Of a DNA stretch of 64,000 nucleotides, positions 20,159 to 30,838 are shown in pieces. Position 1 is the stretch's first letter. Every line of letters starts with the position of its first letter. The stretch comes from an uncultured Methanosarcinales archaeon (GTDB lineage: Archaea; Halobacteriota; Methanosarcinia; Methanotrichales; Methanotrichaceae): contig CAWJKV010000004.1 in NCBI GenBank assembly GCA_963843555.1, forward strand, positions 32,001 through 96,000. Direction: 5' to 3'. A program made the position numbers and the translations under genes. The notes beneath the pieces were generated by a model. It was not told the origin of the DNA, ran no database searches, and saw nothing but the letters and a program-made list of their open reading frames with translations.

Positions 20159-20962
20159 CTATCTCTTTTTTCCTCTCATCCCCGCCATGGCGCTCGCCAG
20201 CATCACCGGCCCATCAAAGCCCGTCCGGGCCCGGCTGGAGTCTATGAAGATTTTGTCCATCAGCACAGGTGCTCCATAGGACTGAGCCCCGCACAAGAGT
20301 AACATCGTCCGGAAGATAAGATTCCCGGAGACGCCATCCGGAGCGATGACTATGTCGTCTCCCCGGCAGCTTTCGATCAGTATCCCTTTGTGGCGGGCCT
20401 GCAGGCCTGCCTCCTGGGCTCGCGCAGCGATCAGCTCTCCTTCGGCAAGGCTGCGGTCTACCCGCTCACACCTGCCCAGGTCCTCCATCCTGCCGCCTGA
20501 GAGCACAGCCGCCTTCGGCGCCACGCCCATGTCTTGCAAGAGCTTCGCACCCTCCAGCACTAGACCTAGACGATCCTGGACCATCTCGCCCTCGTCAATG
20601 CCTACCGGCCCCAGCAAGAAAGCCCAGCCTGATAGCTCCAGCAGGGCTAAACGCCTTACGGGAACGCCGAACTGCTCAGCCAGGGCCCGTATGGTCCTTC
20701 CGGCGGGAAGGTTCCCTCGCACCGCGCCCTCGATCTCGTCGTCGGCCAAAAGCCCCACCAACTCTTTCCAGGGCTCTTTGGTGGAGACGTAATCTAGGGA
20801 GCAGTCGCAGCAAGGCTCGCCTACCAGAAGAAGATCAGCGAACTTCGCGGCCGACTGCAAGGAAGCGATCAGATCTGCGTCTGCGTTCCAGATGCCGATG
20901 CCGATGCGCGCGTGTTTGGACCTGGCCAAGTATTGTAGAGATTTTACGAAGGTGGAGTCCAT
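20159..20962 (-). CDS. mtxX: Methanogenesis marker protein 4 (MtxX)
   Basis: AVRGNL, GPVGIDEG, LSGGRMEDLGR, APDGVSGNLIFR and DSSR. Confidence 0.88.
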   Translation of the reverse strand: MDSTFVKSLQYLARSKHARIGIGIWNADADLIASLQSAAKFADLLLVGEPCCDCSLDYVSTKEPWKELVGLLADDEIEGAVRGNLPAGRTIRALAEQFGVPVRRLALLELSGWAFLLGPVGIDEGEMVQDRLGLVLEGAKLLQDMGVAPKAAVLSGGRMEDLGRCERVDRSLAEGELIAARAQEAGLQARHKGILIESCRGDDIVIAPDGVSGNLIFRTMLLLCGAQSYGAPVLMDKIFIDSSRARTGFDGPVMLASAMAGMRGKKR

Positions 20963-20981
20963 GCTACAGCTTCCTCTTTCC

Positions 20982-21944
20982 TCAGTGAATTCCTGTCACG
21001 CACTCTTTTGCCAGGTCGAAGAGCACAACCTCTTCCGATCCCTCACGGATTATGAGCCGCCTATCCTCAGACACCTGGCCGATGACCCGCGCCGTGAGCC
21101 CGCGCTTCTGGAATACCTCCAATACCTTTTCGGCATCCTCTGACTTTGCGGTGACGACAAATCCCATTCCGGGATACATCTTCAGCCAGCTAACCATTGT
21201 CAGGCCCGCTGGCACGGGGATGGCCTGGACATCCACCACAGCGCCCACAAGGCTCGTCTCCAGCAGCATGCCGAGCGTCCCCAGCAGTCCCGGATTGCTG
21301 ATATCCTTGCCTGCCCTGACAAGGCCACTCTCGCCAAGTTCCTGCATCGCACCCAGCTGCATGAGAAGCGTTTTCCGGTCCTTGAAGCTGGTGGAGTCGA
21401 AGTTTATATTGAACTTGGGGTGGGACTTGCCATCCATGTCTGCTGCCGCAATTATCAATTCACCAGGCTTTGCCGTGCTGCTCAAGATCACCGCATTCTT
21501 CTTCGCCTTTCCAAGAATGGCAACGTCCAGAGCGCTGTAGGGTGTGTCCGGATGAAGGTGTCCGCCGATAATGGGAACATTGAACTTTTCAATTCCCTTC
21601 TTCATGCCCTGCAGAACCTTCTTTGCGATCTCAGGGTTGCCAACCGATAGGACATCAACCATGGCCACCGGCCAGCCTCCCATGGCCGCGATATCGTGCA
21701 CATTCACCAGAACTGAACAGTAGCCCGACCATTCCGGATCAACATCCATAAGTTTGGACCAGATGCCGTCCGCGGCCAGTAGCATGACGTCTTCGCCGTC
21801 GTCTATAACTGCGGCATCCTCCCCGAAAGATGCAATGATGCGCTCGGATTCTACGGGAAAGAATTGCATGAGATTTCCTATCTCCTTCTTGCGAGTGATC
21901 CCCACAAATCCGCGCAGTTCAGCTGCCAGAGACTCCAGATTCAT
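20982..21944 (-). CDS. Methanogenesis marker protein 2 (AIR synthase-related)
   Basis: GITRK, FGEDAAVI, LAADGIW, VNVHDIAAMGG, GGHLHPD and GKDISNPGLLGTLGMLLE. Confidence 0.9.
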   Translation of the reverse strand: MNLESLAAELRGFVGITRKKEIGNLMQFFPVESERIIASFGEDAAVIDDGEDVMLLAADGIWSKLMDVDPEWSGYCSVLVNVHDIAAMGGWPVAMVDVLSVGNPEIAKKVLQGMKKGIEKFNVPIIGGHLHPDTPYSALDVAILGKAKKNAVILSSTAKPGELIIAAADMDGKSHPKFNINFDSTSFKDRKTLLMQLGAMQELGESGLVRAGKDISNPGLLGTLGMLLETSLVGAVVDVQAIPVPAGLTMVSWLKMYPGMGFVVTAKSEDAEKVLEVFQKRGLTARVIGQVSEDRRLIIREGSEEVVLFDLAKECVTGIH

Positions 21945-22384
21945 CAGTGAATGATAAGGCTTTGATCAAAAATAGATGTCGCTAAAATGCGGGCGCAAAG
22001 TTTTTAACGAGATAACTCTGAGAAGAAAGTGAAATGCTCAGGAGAGTAGGCGTTCTGTTGCGGGAAAGTTCCAATGGAAAAATGGCATAACAAATTTTAG
22101 AAAGTTTTTACGGCCATCGAAAACTCCTAACTGAGTAAATAATAATATTAAGTTCATCTTTCTTTATTCCGCTTAAACGGTGTATTTTGAGGCATCTACC
22201 CACTCGAAGCAAGGGGGTTAATTAATAAAATATATTCTAAAGTTATATGAAAATGGTACCAGGAGCCTCTCTTTGCTCTTTGATGGCTCGAGGGTCCTGC
22301 TCACCGGCCAATAGAACCTCGCGCGGGATGAAAGTTGAAGAAAATGATAATACTGATAAGCTGATATCCATTTAAGTAGGAGCT

Positions 22385-22480
22385 TGAGGGAGAAGCAGCA
22401 GGAGATAATGCGCATCACACAGCGGCACCGGGCTTTCAACCTGCGTGTGTTCGGCTCTGTTGCCAGGGAGAAGCATCAAC
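22385..22480 (+). pseudogene. Minimal nucleotidyltransferase (MNT antitoxin) N-terminal remnant
   Basis: Manual translation LREKQQEIMRITQRHRAFNLRVFGSVAR resembles the MNT FGSxARG motif; no intact ORF. Confidence 0.55.
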
Positions 22481-22669
22481 GAGAAATAGCATCAAATGGC
22501 CTCGATCTTGCTCGGCACAAACGAGAAATTCTCCAGGGTTTTGGAGGCAAATAGCAGGCACGCCAGAATATCGTTTTTCTCCAGTCCCGGATACTCCACC
22601 AGGATGTAGCGGAATCTTGAATCCCTCTAAATGCAATTCTTGAGATCATTGCCCGAATTGATCTAGGGT

Positions 22670-23272
22670 CTATCTGATGCCGATCTTGGCTTTTATCGCC
22701 TGAATATCGCTCTCTATCCTCGCCCTCCAGCCGGCATCGAAGGTCATCTCCCGGTGCAACCCCCTGATCTCGTCGATGATGACACCTTGGTTCTCTGCGA
22801 TCTCCGGAATGAGCCTGGTATTCTCTGCGATCTCCGGAATGAGCCTGGTATTCTCTGCGATCTCCGGGATGAGGCGGGTATTCTCTGCGATCTCTGGGAC
22901 GAGATTCGTATTCGTTTTAACCTCCCGGAGATCCTCCCTCATCTCCTGGAGTATAGGGACTGCCTTGTTTATTTGCACAAATGTCCCTAGGGTGGCCGAC
23001 TGCCATAAAGGTTGTATCTCTTCATCGTAGGGCTCAGATTTCATAGTGTCAACCCTGGCCAGGGGTGGGAGTTCCGCCTGGGCAAGCTCGAAGAACCGGG
23101 TGGCCCTCCTGTCGTCGCTATCCACCAGGGCCACGACTGACTGCTTATCGCGCTCAGTGTCGTTGTAGACCTCAAAGCCCCGGATGGCTAGCTCGACGGC
23201 CTTCTCTGTGAGCCACGGCCTGTATCCTACGTCGTGGACCCTGGGGCCTGTGATTGTGATCTTGAACTTCAT
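22670..23272 (-). CDS. Acylphosphatase-like domain fused to a repeat-containing coiled-coil tail
   Basis: ITGPRVHDVGYR resembles the acylphosphatase GRVQGVGFR; 4 x 10-aa PEIAENTRLI repeats. Confidence 0.75.
   Translation of the reverse strand: MKFKITITGPRVHDVGYRPWLTEKAVELAIRGFEVYNDTERDKQSVVALVDSDDRRATRFFELAQAELPPLARVDTMKSEPYDEEIQPLWQSATLGTFVQINKAVPILQEMREDLREVKTNTNLVPEIAENTRLIPEIAENTRLIPEIAENTRLIPEIAENQGVIIDEIRGLHREMTFDAGWRARIESDIQAIKAKIGIR
22791..22910 (-). repeat. Coding tandem repeat, 4 x 30 bp
   Basis: Unit ttctctgcgatctccggaatgagcctggta (plus strand). Confidence 0.92.
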
Positions 23273-23540
23273 ATGGAGTGAAAGGTTGGCCCCCTTTTGT
23301 ATTATAAGTTCTGCTCCTCCACATCAGGCCAGACTGTAAGGAGACCGTCGTGAGCGCGGTGCATGGCATCATTGGTCTCAATCTGCCAGCCGTCTCCCAG
23401 CCAGCCAAACCGGCCTTCTGCCAAATCCCCATCTTCAGCTCGTGTCCGGAGAGGCAGTTCTCCACCCCACCCGCTTGCGTGAATAATATCGTCAATTTAC
23501 CTGCCCGTCAAATGAGAGTAAAGGTATAATATATCGGAGA

Positions 23541-23690
23541 AGGATAGGGAAGTCAGCACTATAGACATTATCAAAGGGCCGGTGAATCAAGCCGTGGCAT
23601 CCAGAGGGACGGGTCGCCTGTGATCTGGATTGAAATTCAGGAGCGGCCTTAGATAGCTCAGCCTTCACTTATCCTGATGACGGCTTGGAT
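23541..23690 (+). ncRNA. Putative structured RNA / 5' leader upstream of DUF296-polC
   Basis: Nested complementary segments aggataggga/cttatcct, agggccg/cggcctt, tgaat/attca and atccaga/tctggat, plus crossing caagccgt/acggcttg; TATA-like tataatata at about 23525. Confidence 0.4.
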
Positions 23691-23738
23691 GACGGTTCAT
23701 GAATGTTTCGAGATAGCTGGAATGAGGAAGGGTGCGGA

Positions 23739-24167
23739 TTGTTTATCAGGGGTTTTGAGAGGGGACGGTGCCTGCTGGCCAGGCTCGACCACGGCACGGA
23801 CATCATCGGTCAGATAACCGATCTGGCGAAGGAGAAGGAAATTAAGACTGGCTTTTTGAATGTTATCGGTGCTCTGAGCAGGGCTGAGCTGGGGTATTAT
23901 GATCAGATTTCTCAAAAATACGTTGAAATTCAGATCGAAGAACCAGTGGAGCTGGTATCCTGTTCGGGAAATGTATCCCTGCGGGACGGCCAGCCTTTTT
24001 TGCACGCTCATGCCGTTCTGTCGGATCGTGAGGGAAGGATATGGGGAGGCCACCTGACCTCCGGCCCGGTCTTTGCAGCAGAGCTCTACATGCAGGAGCT
24101 CTTGGGCCCGAATCTCAAAAGAATGCCTGATTCGATCACCGGCCTGAATCTATGGAGTGAAGAGTGA
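23739..24167 (+). CDS. PPC-domain (DUF296) protein
   Basis: [41 protein letters not shown]; start uncertain (ORF begins 23703); stop overlaps the polC start. Confidence 0.85.
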   Translation: MFIRGFERGRCLLARLDHGTDIIGQITDLAKEKEIKTGFLNVIGALSRAELGYYDQISQKYVEIQIEEPVELVSCSGNVSLRDGQPFLHAHAVLSDREGRIWGGHLTSGPVFAAELYMQELLGPNLKRMPDSITGLNLWSEE

Positions 24168-27100
24168 AGAATTCCGAATACTTCGAGTTCTTGCAGCAGG
24201 GCTTGACGAACGCCATGACCATAGCCCAGGCGGCCCGCGCCCGAGGGTTGGATCCCACAACAGTTGTAGAAATACCGCTTGCGGTTGACCTGGCAGAAAG
24301 GGTTGAGAAGCTGATCGGCATCCCTGGCATTGCCGTGAGGATCCGGGAACTGGAAGAGCAGGGCATGAGCCGGGAAGAAGCAGCTCTCGCCATTGGTATC
24401 GATTTTGCTGAAGGCCGCCTGGGAAAAGGAACCTCCAAGATCGAATCAGTGGAAAACGCCATTCGTACATCGGTCGCCCTGCTCACAGAGGGCGTTGTCG
24501 CGGCACCCATTGAAGGAATCGCTCGCGTGGACCTGGGAAAGAACGATGATGGAACTGAGTACCTCAAGGTCTACTACGCAGGGCCCATAAGATCTGCCGG
24601 CGGCACGGCCCAGGCCCTATCCGTTCTCGTGGCGGACTATGTGCGCAGAAGCGTCGGCATAGCGCCCTGGAAGCCGAGACCGGAAGAAGTAGAACGTTAC
24701 GTGGAGGAGATTGGCCTATACAAGCGCGTGGCTGGCCTGCAGTATTCGCCTTCGGACGACGAGATCCGAACCATTGTGCGCAATTGCCCTATCTGCATCG
24801 AAGGAGAGCCCACTGAGGAGGAAGAGGTATCCGGATACCGTGACCTTGCCAGGATCGATACCAATCGTGTGCGGGGCGGCATCGCCCTGGTCTCGGCGGA
24901 AGGCATCGCCCTGAAGCGGCCCAAGCTCAAGAAGCATGTAACAAAACTTGGCATCACTGGCTGGGAGTGGCTCGATTCCCTGGCAAGCGGCAAAAAGGAA
25001 GGCGGGGACACCACACCCAAGTTCCTGCGCGACCTCATTGCCGGACGGCCTGTCTTCTCTCATCCCTCCCGTCCGGGCGGCTTTCGGCTGCGTTATGGGC
25101 GGGCCAGAAATACAGGCCTGGCTGCAGCCGGAATCAATCCCGCCAGCATGCTGCTGTTGGGCGAGTTCATGGCGGCCGGAACCCAGATCAAGGTGGAGCA
25201 GCCGGGCAAGGCGGCAGCCGTAGCTCCGGTCAGCTCCATCGAGGGGCCGACGGTGCGGCTGCTGAACGGGGATGTGGTTCGGTTCGATTCCGATCAGGAT
25301 ATCCTGGAATGGATGCCGGTGACCTGCAAAGATCCCAAGACCATCCAGCTGGCTCTCAAGGCCCATGTTTCCAAGATTTTGGACCTGGGCGAGATACTGA
25401 TCAGCTACGGCGAGTTCCTGGAGAACAACCGGCCTCTGGCCCCAGCCTCCTATGTCTTCGAGTGGTGGGCAGAGGAGCTGAAGAAAGCGGGAGGCGATCC
25501 CGCCGGCCTGGAGCTGATCGACGGCGTCAAAGCTATAGACCTCTCCAGAAAATATGGCGTCCCACTTCATCCGGCCTACACTTATCTCTGGCACGATCTG
25601 ACTCTAGAAGAGTACGAGCAGCTGGCCGAAGTCGCGAGCTTGCAGGGCATTATGGAATCCGGAAAGCTCCTCCTCCCTCTGGAAGCCAAGGATTCTTTGG
25701 AGACGCTGCTGGTTCACCACAAGGTCCGAGGAGGAAAGGCGATTATCGAGGATCCCCTGCCCTTCCTGCTCTGCCTGGGGATAACTCTGGAAGATGGCGC
25801 CTTGAAGGACCCCTGGTGAGCCGACCGAAGATAAGCCAGATGAGAATACGGAAGAAATATAGAAAGAATAAGGAAGGTGGATTCGGCGCTGGCAGCTGTC
25901 AACAGGCGATCGGGCCTCGTCGTTCGCGCCCGGGCGCCCACGCGCATCGGCGCCCGGATGGGCAGGCCGGAGAAGTCAGATAAAAGGCTGATGCGCCCAC
26001 CTCCGCACGTTCTCTTCCCGGCAGGAGAAGAAGGCGGCAAGTCGAGGTCGATTCAGGAAGCTGCCAAGCACTCTACAGGCAATGTAACCGGCATGGTCAA
26101 TGTGGAGATCGAGCGGCGCGTCTGCAAAGACTGCAAGAAAGAGGGCTTTGCCTTCCGATGTCCATGCGGCGGCCACACAGAAAAAAAGAGGGTCTGCCCA
26201 AAATGCAATGTCCAGGCTGCAGAGAAGTGCCCCAAATGCGGTGTTGAGACGACCGCCGCTGCCAATATGCAGATCGACATAAAAAAGCTCTATCACCAGG
26301 CGCTGGAGCATCTGGGTGAGCGCGAGCCGGAGACATTCAAAGGGGTCCTGGGACTCTCCTCCCGGGATAAGACCCCGGAGCCTCTGGAGAAGGGCATCCT
26401 GCGCGCGAAACATGGGGTGAACATCTTCAAAGACGGCACTGTGAGGTACGACCTCACCGATCTGCCGCTAACTCATTTTCGCCCGGACGAGATCGGCACC
26501 AGCACCGAGACTTTGCAGAGCCTCGGCTATACGGAAGACATGCACGGTGCAGCTCTGACGATGCCGGATCAGGTCTGCGAATTGAGGGTGCAGGACATCA
26601 TTCTCGCCAGAGATGCAGGAGACTATCTCTTAAAAGTTGCCATGTTTGTGGATGAGCTTCTGGTCAAGTTCTATGGTCTTGAGCCCTACTACAATGCAAA
26701 TTCGCCCAAAGATCTGATCGGGGCACTGATGGTGGGCCTGGCGCCCCATACCTCGGCGGGCGTTCTCTGCCGGCTCATCGGCTACAGCCCGGCCTCAGCG
26801 GGATTTGGGCATCCCTTCTTTCATGCCGCCAAGCGCCGCAATTGCGACGGAGACGAGGACTGCGTGATGCTGCTCATGGATGCGCTTCTCAACTTCTCCA
26901 TGTCCTACCTCCCTGCGAAACGGGGCGGAAAGATGGATGCCTGCCTGGTCATGACCACTATCCTCAATCCTGCAGAGGTGGACAAAGAGGCTCACAACCT
27001 GGATCTGACGGCCATCTACCCCCTGGAGTTTTATGAGGCTTCCCTTCTCGGCACCAATCCCAAGGACCTGGAAGGGAGATTCGATCTGGTCTCCAAGCGT

Positions 27101-27595
27101 CTGGGCTCAGATGCTCAGTATGAAGGCTTCAACTTCAGCCACAGCACGACGGATATTGCTGCCGGTCCCAAAAACAGTGCCTACAAGACACTGGAGACCA
27201 TGGTCGATAAGATGGATGCCCAGCTGGAACTGGCGCGAATGATCAGGGCCGTGGATGAGCAGGACGTGGCGGAAAGGGTCATCAACTCTCACTTCCTGCC
27301 CGATCTGATCGGCAATCTGCACGCCTTCTCCAAGCAGAAGGTGAGGTGCGTGAAGTGCGGCGCCAAGTACAGACGACCTCCTTTAAAAGAGACCTGCCCC
27401 AAGTGCGGCGGCCGGATGATTCTCACGGTGCATGAGGGGAGCGTTCGGAAATATCTGGAGGTTTCCATAAAAGTGGCAGAGGAGTACGATGTGAGCAGCT
27501 ACACCAAGCAGAGGCTACAGCTCCTGAAAATGGAGATCAACTCCCTCTTCAAGAACGATAAGGCCAAGCAGACGGGACTGGCGGATTTCATGTAA
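24164..27595 (+). CDS. polC: DNA polymerase II (PolD) large subunit DP2, split by indel(s) near 25815-25880, no intein
   Basis: [55 protein letters not shown] and C-terminal CxxC...CxxC. Confidence 0.96.
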
Positions 27596-27748
27596 AATGC
27601 CCGGGGCTCCCCCGCCGCTTTTACCGCAAGAGGTATATCGAAGTCAGGCTCGCCCACCTCCTGATAGATGATATCGAATCGATTTGAAGGGATCGATTTT
27701 GATCGTTCTTGTGCCTATCAAAGCTAGAGTGCAGAGTTACATAGATTG

Positions 27749-27994
27749 TTCCCCGCGGACGCGGGGTTAGGGGAGCCGACACGGCCTGGAGTGGGCCGTC
27801 ACCTCAGCGCGTGTCACCCGGGCGGAGCCCCGGAAGAAGTAGATGGGCAGTCTTTCTTATGAGCAAAGATAGTATTATCCAACTTAAGATGGGACACGTC
27901 TAATAGAGTCAAGCACTACGTCGCACTTTCTTCTGGGGTGCCGCGAGTCGGCCCTTCGGGCAGCGGCCAAAATGGCCCCCTCAACGCCGGGGAG
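27749..27994 (+). ncRNA. Putative ~245-nt highly structured non-coding element
   Basis: Nested helices ttccccg/cggggag, gttaggggagcc/ggccccctcaac, gcggagccccggaagaag/tttcttctggggtgccgc and tagatg/cgtcta; local hairpins acggcct/gggccgt and gccc-ttc-gggc; mismatches are G-U on the + strand. Confidence 0.5.
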
Positions 27995-28035
27995 GCTTGG
28001 ATACATGGTTTAGCGAGAGGATCCCTTATGCTGCC

Positions 28036-29236
28036 CTATCCACACCGCCCCGGCTCTGCAGAATAGGGTCTGTTCTCCTTCAGGCACCACTCCATCTCCG
28101 ATAGAATCTGCCCAATCTCGCCGCCTTCTTTCAGCCTCTGGACCATGATCTCCGCCAGGCTGCCCTGCTCGATGCGTTTTGCCACCAGCGGCAGGTATCG
28201 CATCTCCTCTTTAGTTGCATTCTTTTGCGCCATTCGGAAGAGCTTCTCCAGCTCCGGCCTCAAACCCGCCACGCCGTGCCGCATGGCATCTTCCAGCATT
28301 GCCAGCAGATGGCTTTCCTCCTCTTCCAGCTCCAGGTCGGTTCGAAGCAGCGCCAGAAGGAACGCCGAAATGGCCATGTCCGAGTGCAGACATTCCTGCT
28401 CATCTATGGCTTTCACCTCCAGGCAGTTCCTTGAGAAACGCACTATTACACCCCTGGAATTAACCCATTCAGAGCATAGAATCTCTGCCCGGCATCTCTT
28501 CAGTTCCGTGTAGATATCCTGGTTGATGCTGCTCATAATCTTCCACGCTATCCAGCTTCTCGGGAAGTATGCCGTGGCAGATCCCTGGAATCTGGGACTG
28601 GTTTTGCCGGTAGTAGACCAGACGGTTGTCCATATAGGAGGTCGTCTTTCCCTCTACCAGCGGCGAAGATGCAGACACGGCTACCAGATATGGAATGAGA
28701 GAACGGATCTTGTTGAACGTTATGACCATATCATCCTTATTCTCGTAGGGATAATTGATTTGCAGCGCCTGAATGTTCAGCCAGCCGTGCTGCTTGATGT
28801 TGAAAAGACGGTCGTATGCTTCATAGTACTCTTGCTCGTCATGGTCCCAGTAGGTCGTCTGATCCAGAGTGAGCAGGGGATGCATACCCAGGCCCATAAA
28901 CCCGTACTCATAATTCGTGGCCCGGTATAGCTCGCATAATCCCTGGTATAGATTCTCCTCCAAAAAGTTCAGGTTTCCCGGGCGTGCCGGAATCAGCTCC
29001 AGAGCGTGCTTTTGCAGCTCTTTGGCCACCCAGATCCCGCCGAAAGGCACCTGATGCTGTACCTCTCCGCTTATCCGCTCGATGATCTTGTCGGAGATGG
29101 CTAGCGGCCTATGGTTCTTGTCGTTTATAGAGTACTCGTGCTCTGTTCCTATGGGTGACTTCGCAGGCAGTGCCTTATAAGTCACCATCTTTGATGCCTT
29201 CTGGATCTGCATCGCCTTTTCTCTGGCCACCAGCAT
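28036..29236 (-). CDS. Glutamate-cysteine ligase family 2 (GCS2/YbdK-like) carboxylate-amine ligase, indel near 28530
   Basis: IGTEHEYS, ELQKHALEL, GMHP, QALQIN, SASSPLVEG, then NSRGVIVRFSRNCLEVKAIDEQEC in the next frame; start uncertain. Confidence 0.8.
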
Positions 29237-29241
29237 GTTTT

Positions 29242-29296
29242 TCAGTCCTTCAGCCTGATCTCTGTTTATAGGATCAGTCCTTCAGCCTGATCTCTG
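29242..29296. repeat. 23-bp perfect direct repeat with 9-bp spacer
   Basis: tcagtccttcagcctgatctctg at 29242-29264 and 29274-29296. Confidence 0.9.
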
Positions 29297-29765
29297 CTAC
29301 AAGATCCGTCTCAGGCTCGTCGATCTTCAAGATCTCTGCCATCTCTTCCGCTGGTACCTTATTCACGAGTTCAATGATTCTCTCGACAGAAGTCTCGAAT
29401 AGTCCGTCAAAGGCCTTCCGGTTGGCTTTCAAGAAGCGGACCATGGGACAGATGCTCTCTCTCTTGATAAATATCTGCAGGGTATTGCCCTTCATATCGA
29501 AAGTGAAGGGCCCGGCGACACAGGTCTCGGGCTTGATGGAGTGGATACTGCATTTTCCATCCTGGAAGAGCACGCAAAAACCATCTCGTTTCAGGCGCAG
29601 CCTTCTGTATCCAACAAACTCCACAGCATCCGCACTGACGCCGTTCTTCAGAAGTATGTCTATCCGTTCCTGGCTTAAGGGCGGCCTGGCCTCAAAGCAG
29701 CAGCCCCCAACCAAATGGCACTCATTGCAGGCCTGGCTCAAGGCTTCGCACAGGTTTTCATCCAT
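29274..29765 (-). CDS. YkgJ/CxxCxxCC family cysteine-cluster protein
   Basis: CNECHLVGGCC...FCVLFQDGKCSIHSIKPETCVAGPF...ICP. Confidence 0.85.
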   Translation of the reverse strand: MDENLCEALSQACNECHLVGGCCFEARPPLSQERIDILLKNGVSADAVEFVGYRRLRLKRDGFCVLFQDGKCSIHSIKPETCVAGPFTFDMKGNTLQIFIKRESICPMVRFLKANRKAFDGLFETSVERIIELVNKVPAEEMAEILKIDEPETDLVAEIRLKD

Positions 29766-29809
29766 CAGAATATCATCTCTTGAATAATCTAATAAAAAAG
29801 GATTCGCAT

Positions 29810-30838
29810 CTACCGCTCTGAGAAATCTATCTTGCAGGAGTAGACGTCGTTTTCCGGCAGGGCGGCGGCTTCTGCAAAGGCTGTCGAGGCGCCTAGCCCG
29901 TATTCGCCCTCGAAGCCATACGGGAACTGGATCTCATGCATTAGCTCATTGGCATAGCCGCAGGCATCTCCAGTCATCAGGTAAGAGATGATCTTTTGGA
30001 ACATGTCCGGGTAATGCTCATCCTCGCCTCCTTCCAGGGAAGGGTTATCATTGACCTCAATAACATAGAGCTTTCCGTTGCTCTCTTTTATGTCTACGCC
30101 GTACAGTCCTTTGCCTATGGCATTGCCGGCCTCTTTTCCGAGATCGATGACCTCGTGCGGGACCTGATCGGCGGGCACGCTCTCCACATCGCAATAGACG
30201 ATATGACCATTGACCGAAGCCTGGATCTTGAAGGTCTCGGAGGGTATGATATATCTGCAGGCGTAGAGCAGCTCTCCATTTATAGTGCCCACTCGCCAGT
30301 CGAACCTGCTCTCGATGTACTCCTGAACCACGATCCAGTCGGAGAGCTTGAAGAACCTCCTGGCGATCTTCAAGAGTTCATCGACGGATGAGGCTTTCTC
30401 CACCCTTACTGAGAAGGATGTGGACGGCTCCTTCAGCACCAGAGGCGTGCCAAGCTCCTCGAAGAGCTGCTGGGCCTGCAATGCATCCAGCTCCTTCTTC
30501 TTTAAGAACTTCGTCCTGGGCATGGACACATTCTTCTTCATGAGGTGCATGTACATGTTTATCTTATCAGCGCAGATCTGTATGGAGCTGGGATCATCCA
30601 CCACCGGTATGCCGTACATCTGGGCCATCCTGGCCGCCACATAGGTGATGTTCATGGGGTCGGTGTTTGCTCGGATGAAGAGCGCATCCAGCTTGGGAAT
30701 CCGTTTGATGTCCACAGGAAAGATGAACTCTGCGGTGTGGCCCATGCTCTCAGCCACGTCCCTGATCTTAACCAGGGCCATGAGCTGTGAAGAGCTGCTT
30801 AATGTCTTTCGATCGACAAAGATGCCAAGTTTACTCAA
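29810..30838 (-). CDS. RimK-like ATP-grasp ligase
   Basis: DALFIR, ICADK, PLVLKEPSTSFS, VQEYIESRFDWRVG, GLYGVDIKE and IEVNDNPS. Confidence 0.88.
   Translation of the reverse strand: MSKLGIFVDRKTLSSSSQLMALVKIRDVAESMGHTAEFIFPVDIKRIPKLDALFIRANTDPMNITYVAARMAQMYGIPVVDDPSSIQICADKINMYMHLMKKNVSMPRTKFLKKKELDALQAQQLFEELGTPLVLKEPSTSFSVRVEKASSVDELLKIARRFFKLSDWIVVQEYIESRFDWRVGTINGELLYACRYIIPSETFKIQASVNGHIVYCDVESVPADQVPHEVIDLGKEAGNAIGKGLYGVDIKESNGKLYVIEVNDNPSLEGGEDEHYPDMFQKIISYLMTGDACGYANELMHEIQFPYGFEGEYGLGASTAFAEAAALPENDVYSCKIDFSER

Noticed and set aside
23290..23500. Open minus-strand frames upstream of the acylphosphatase-like gene
   Set aside because: No clear start or RBS and no family motif; cannot support a call.
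23674..23700. CUGAUGA as a hammerhead ribozyme core
   Set aside because: No correctly placed GAAA/UH partner next to the stem that would be stem II.
25800..25880. Naturally split DP2 or an intein at the polC break
   Set aside because: No intein motifs or extra length; the break lies in a short charged linker and fits an indel. The RRNCDGDED region is uninterrupted.
27746..27770. gttccccgcggacgcgggg resembles a type I-E CRISPR repeat
   Set aside because: Single copy, no spacer array, and no cas genes in the window.
27749..27994. SRP RNA or RNase P RNA
   Set aside because: No helix-8 CAGG-CC-GGAA-GG-AGCA motif and no GAGGAAAGUCC/AGAAG P4 signature seen on either strand.
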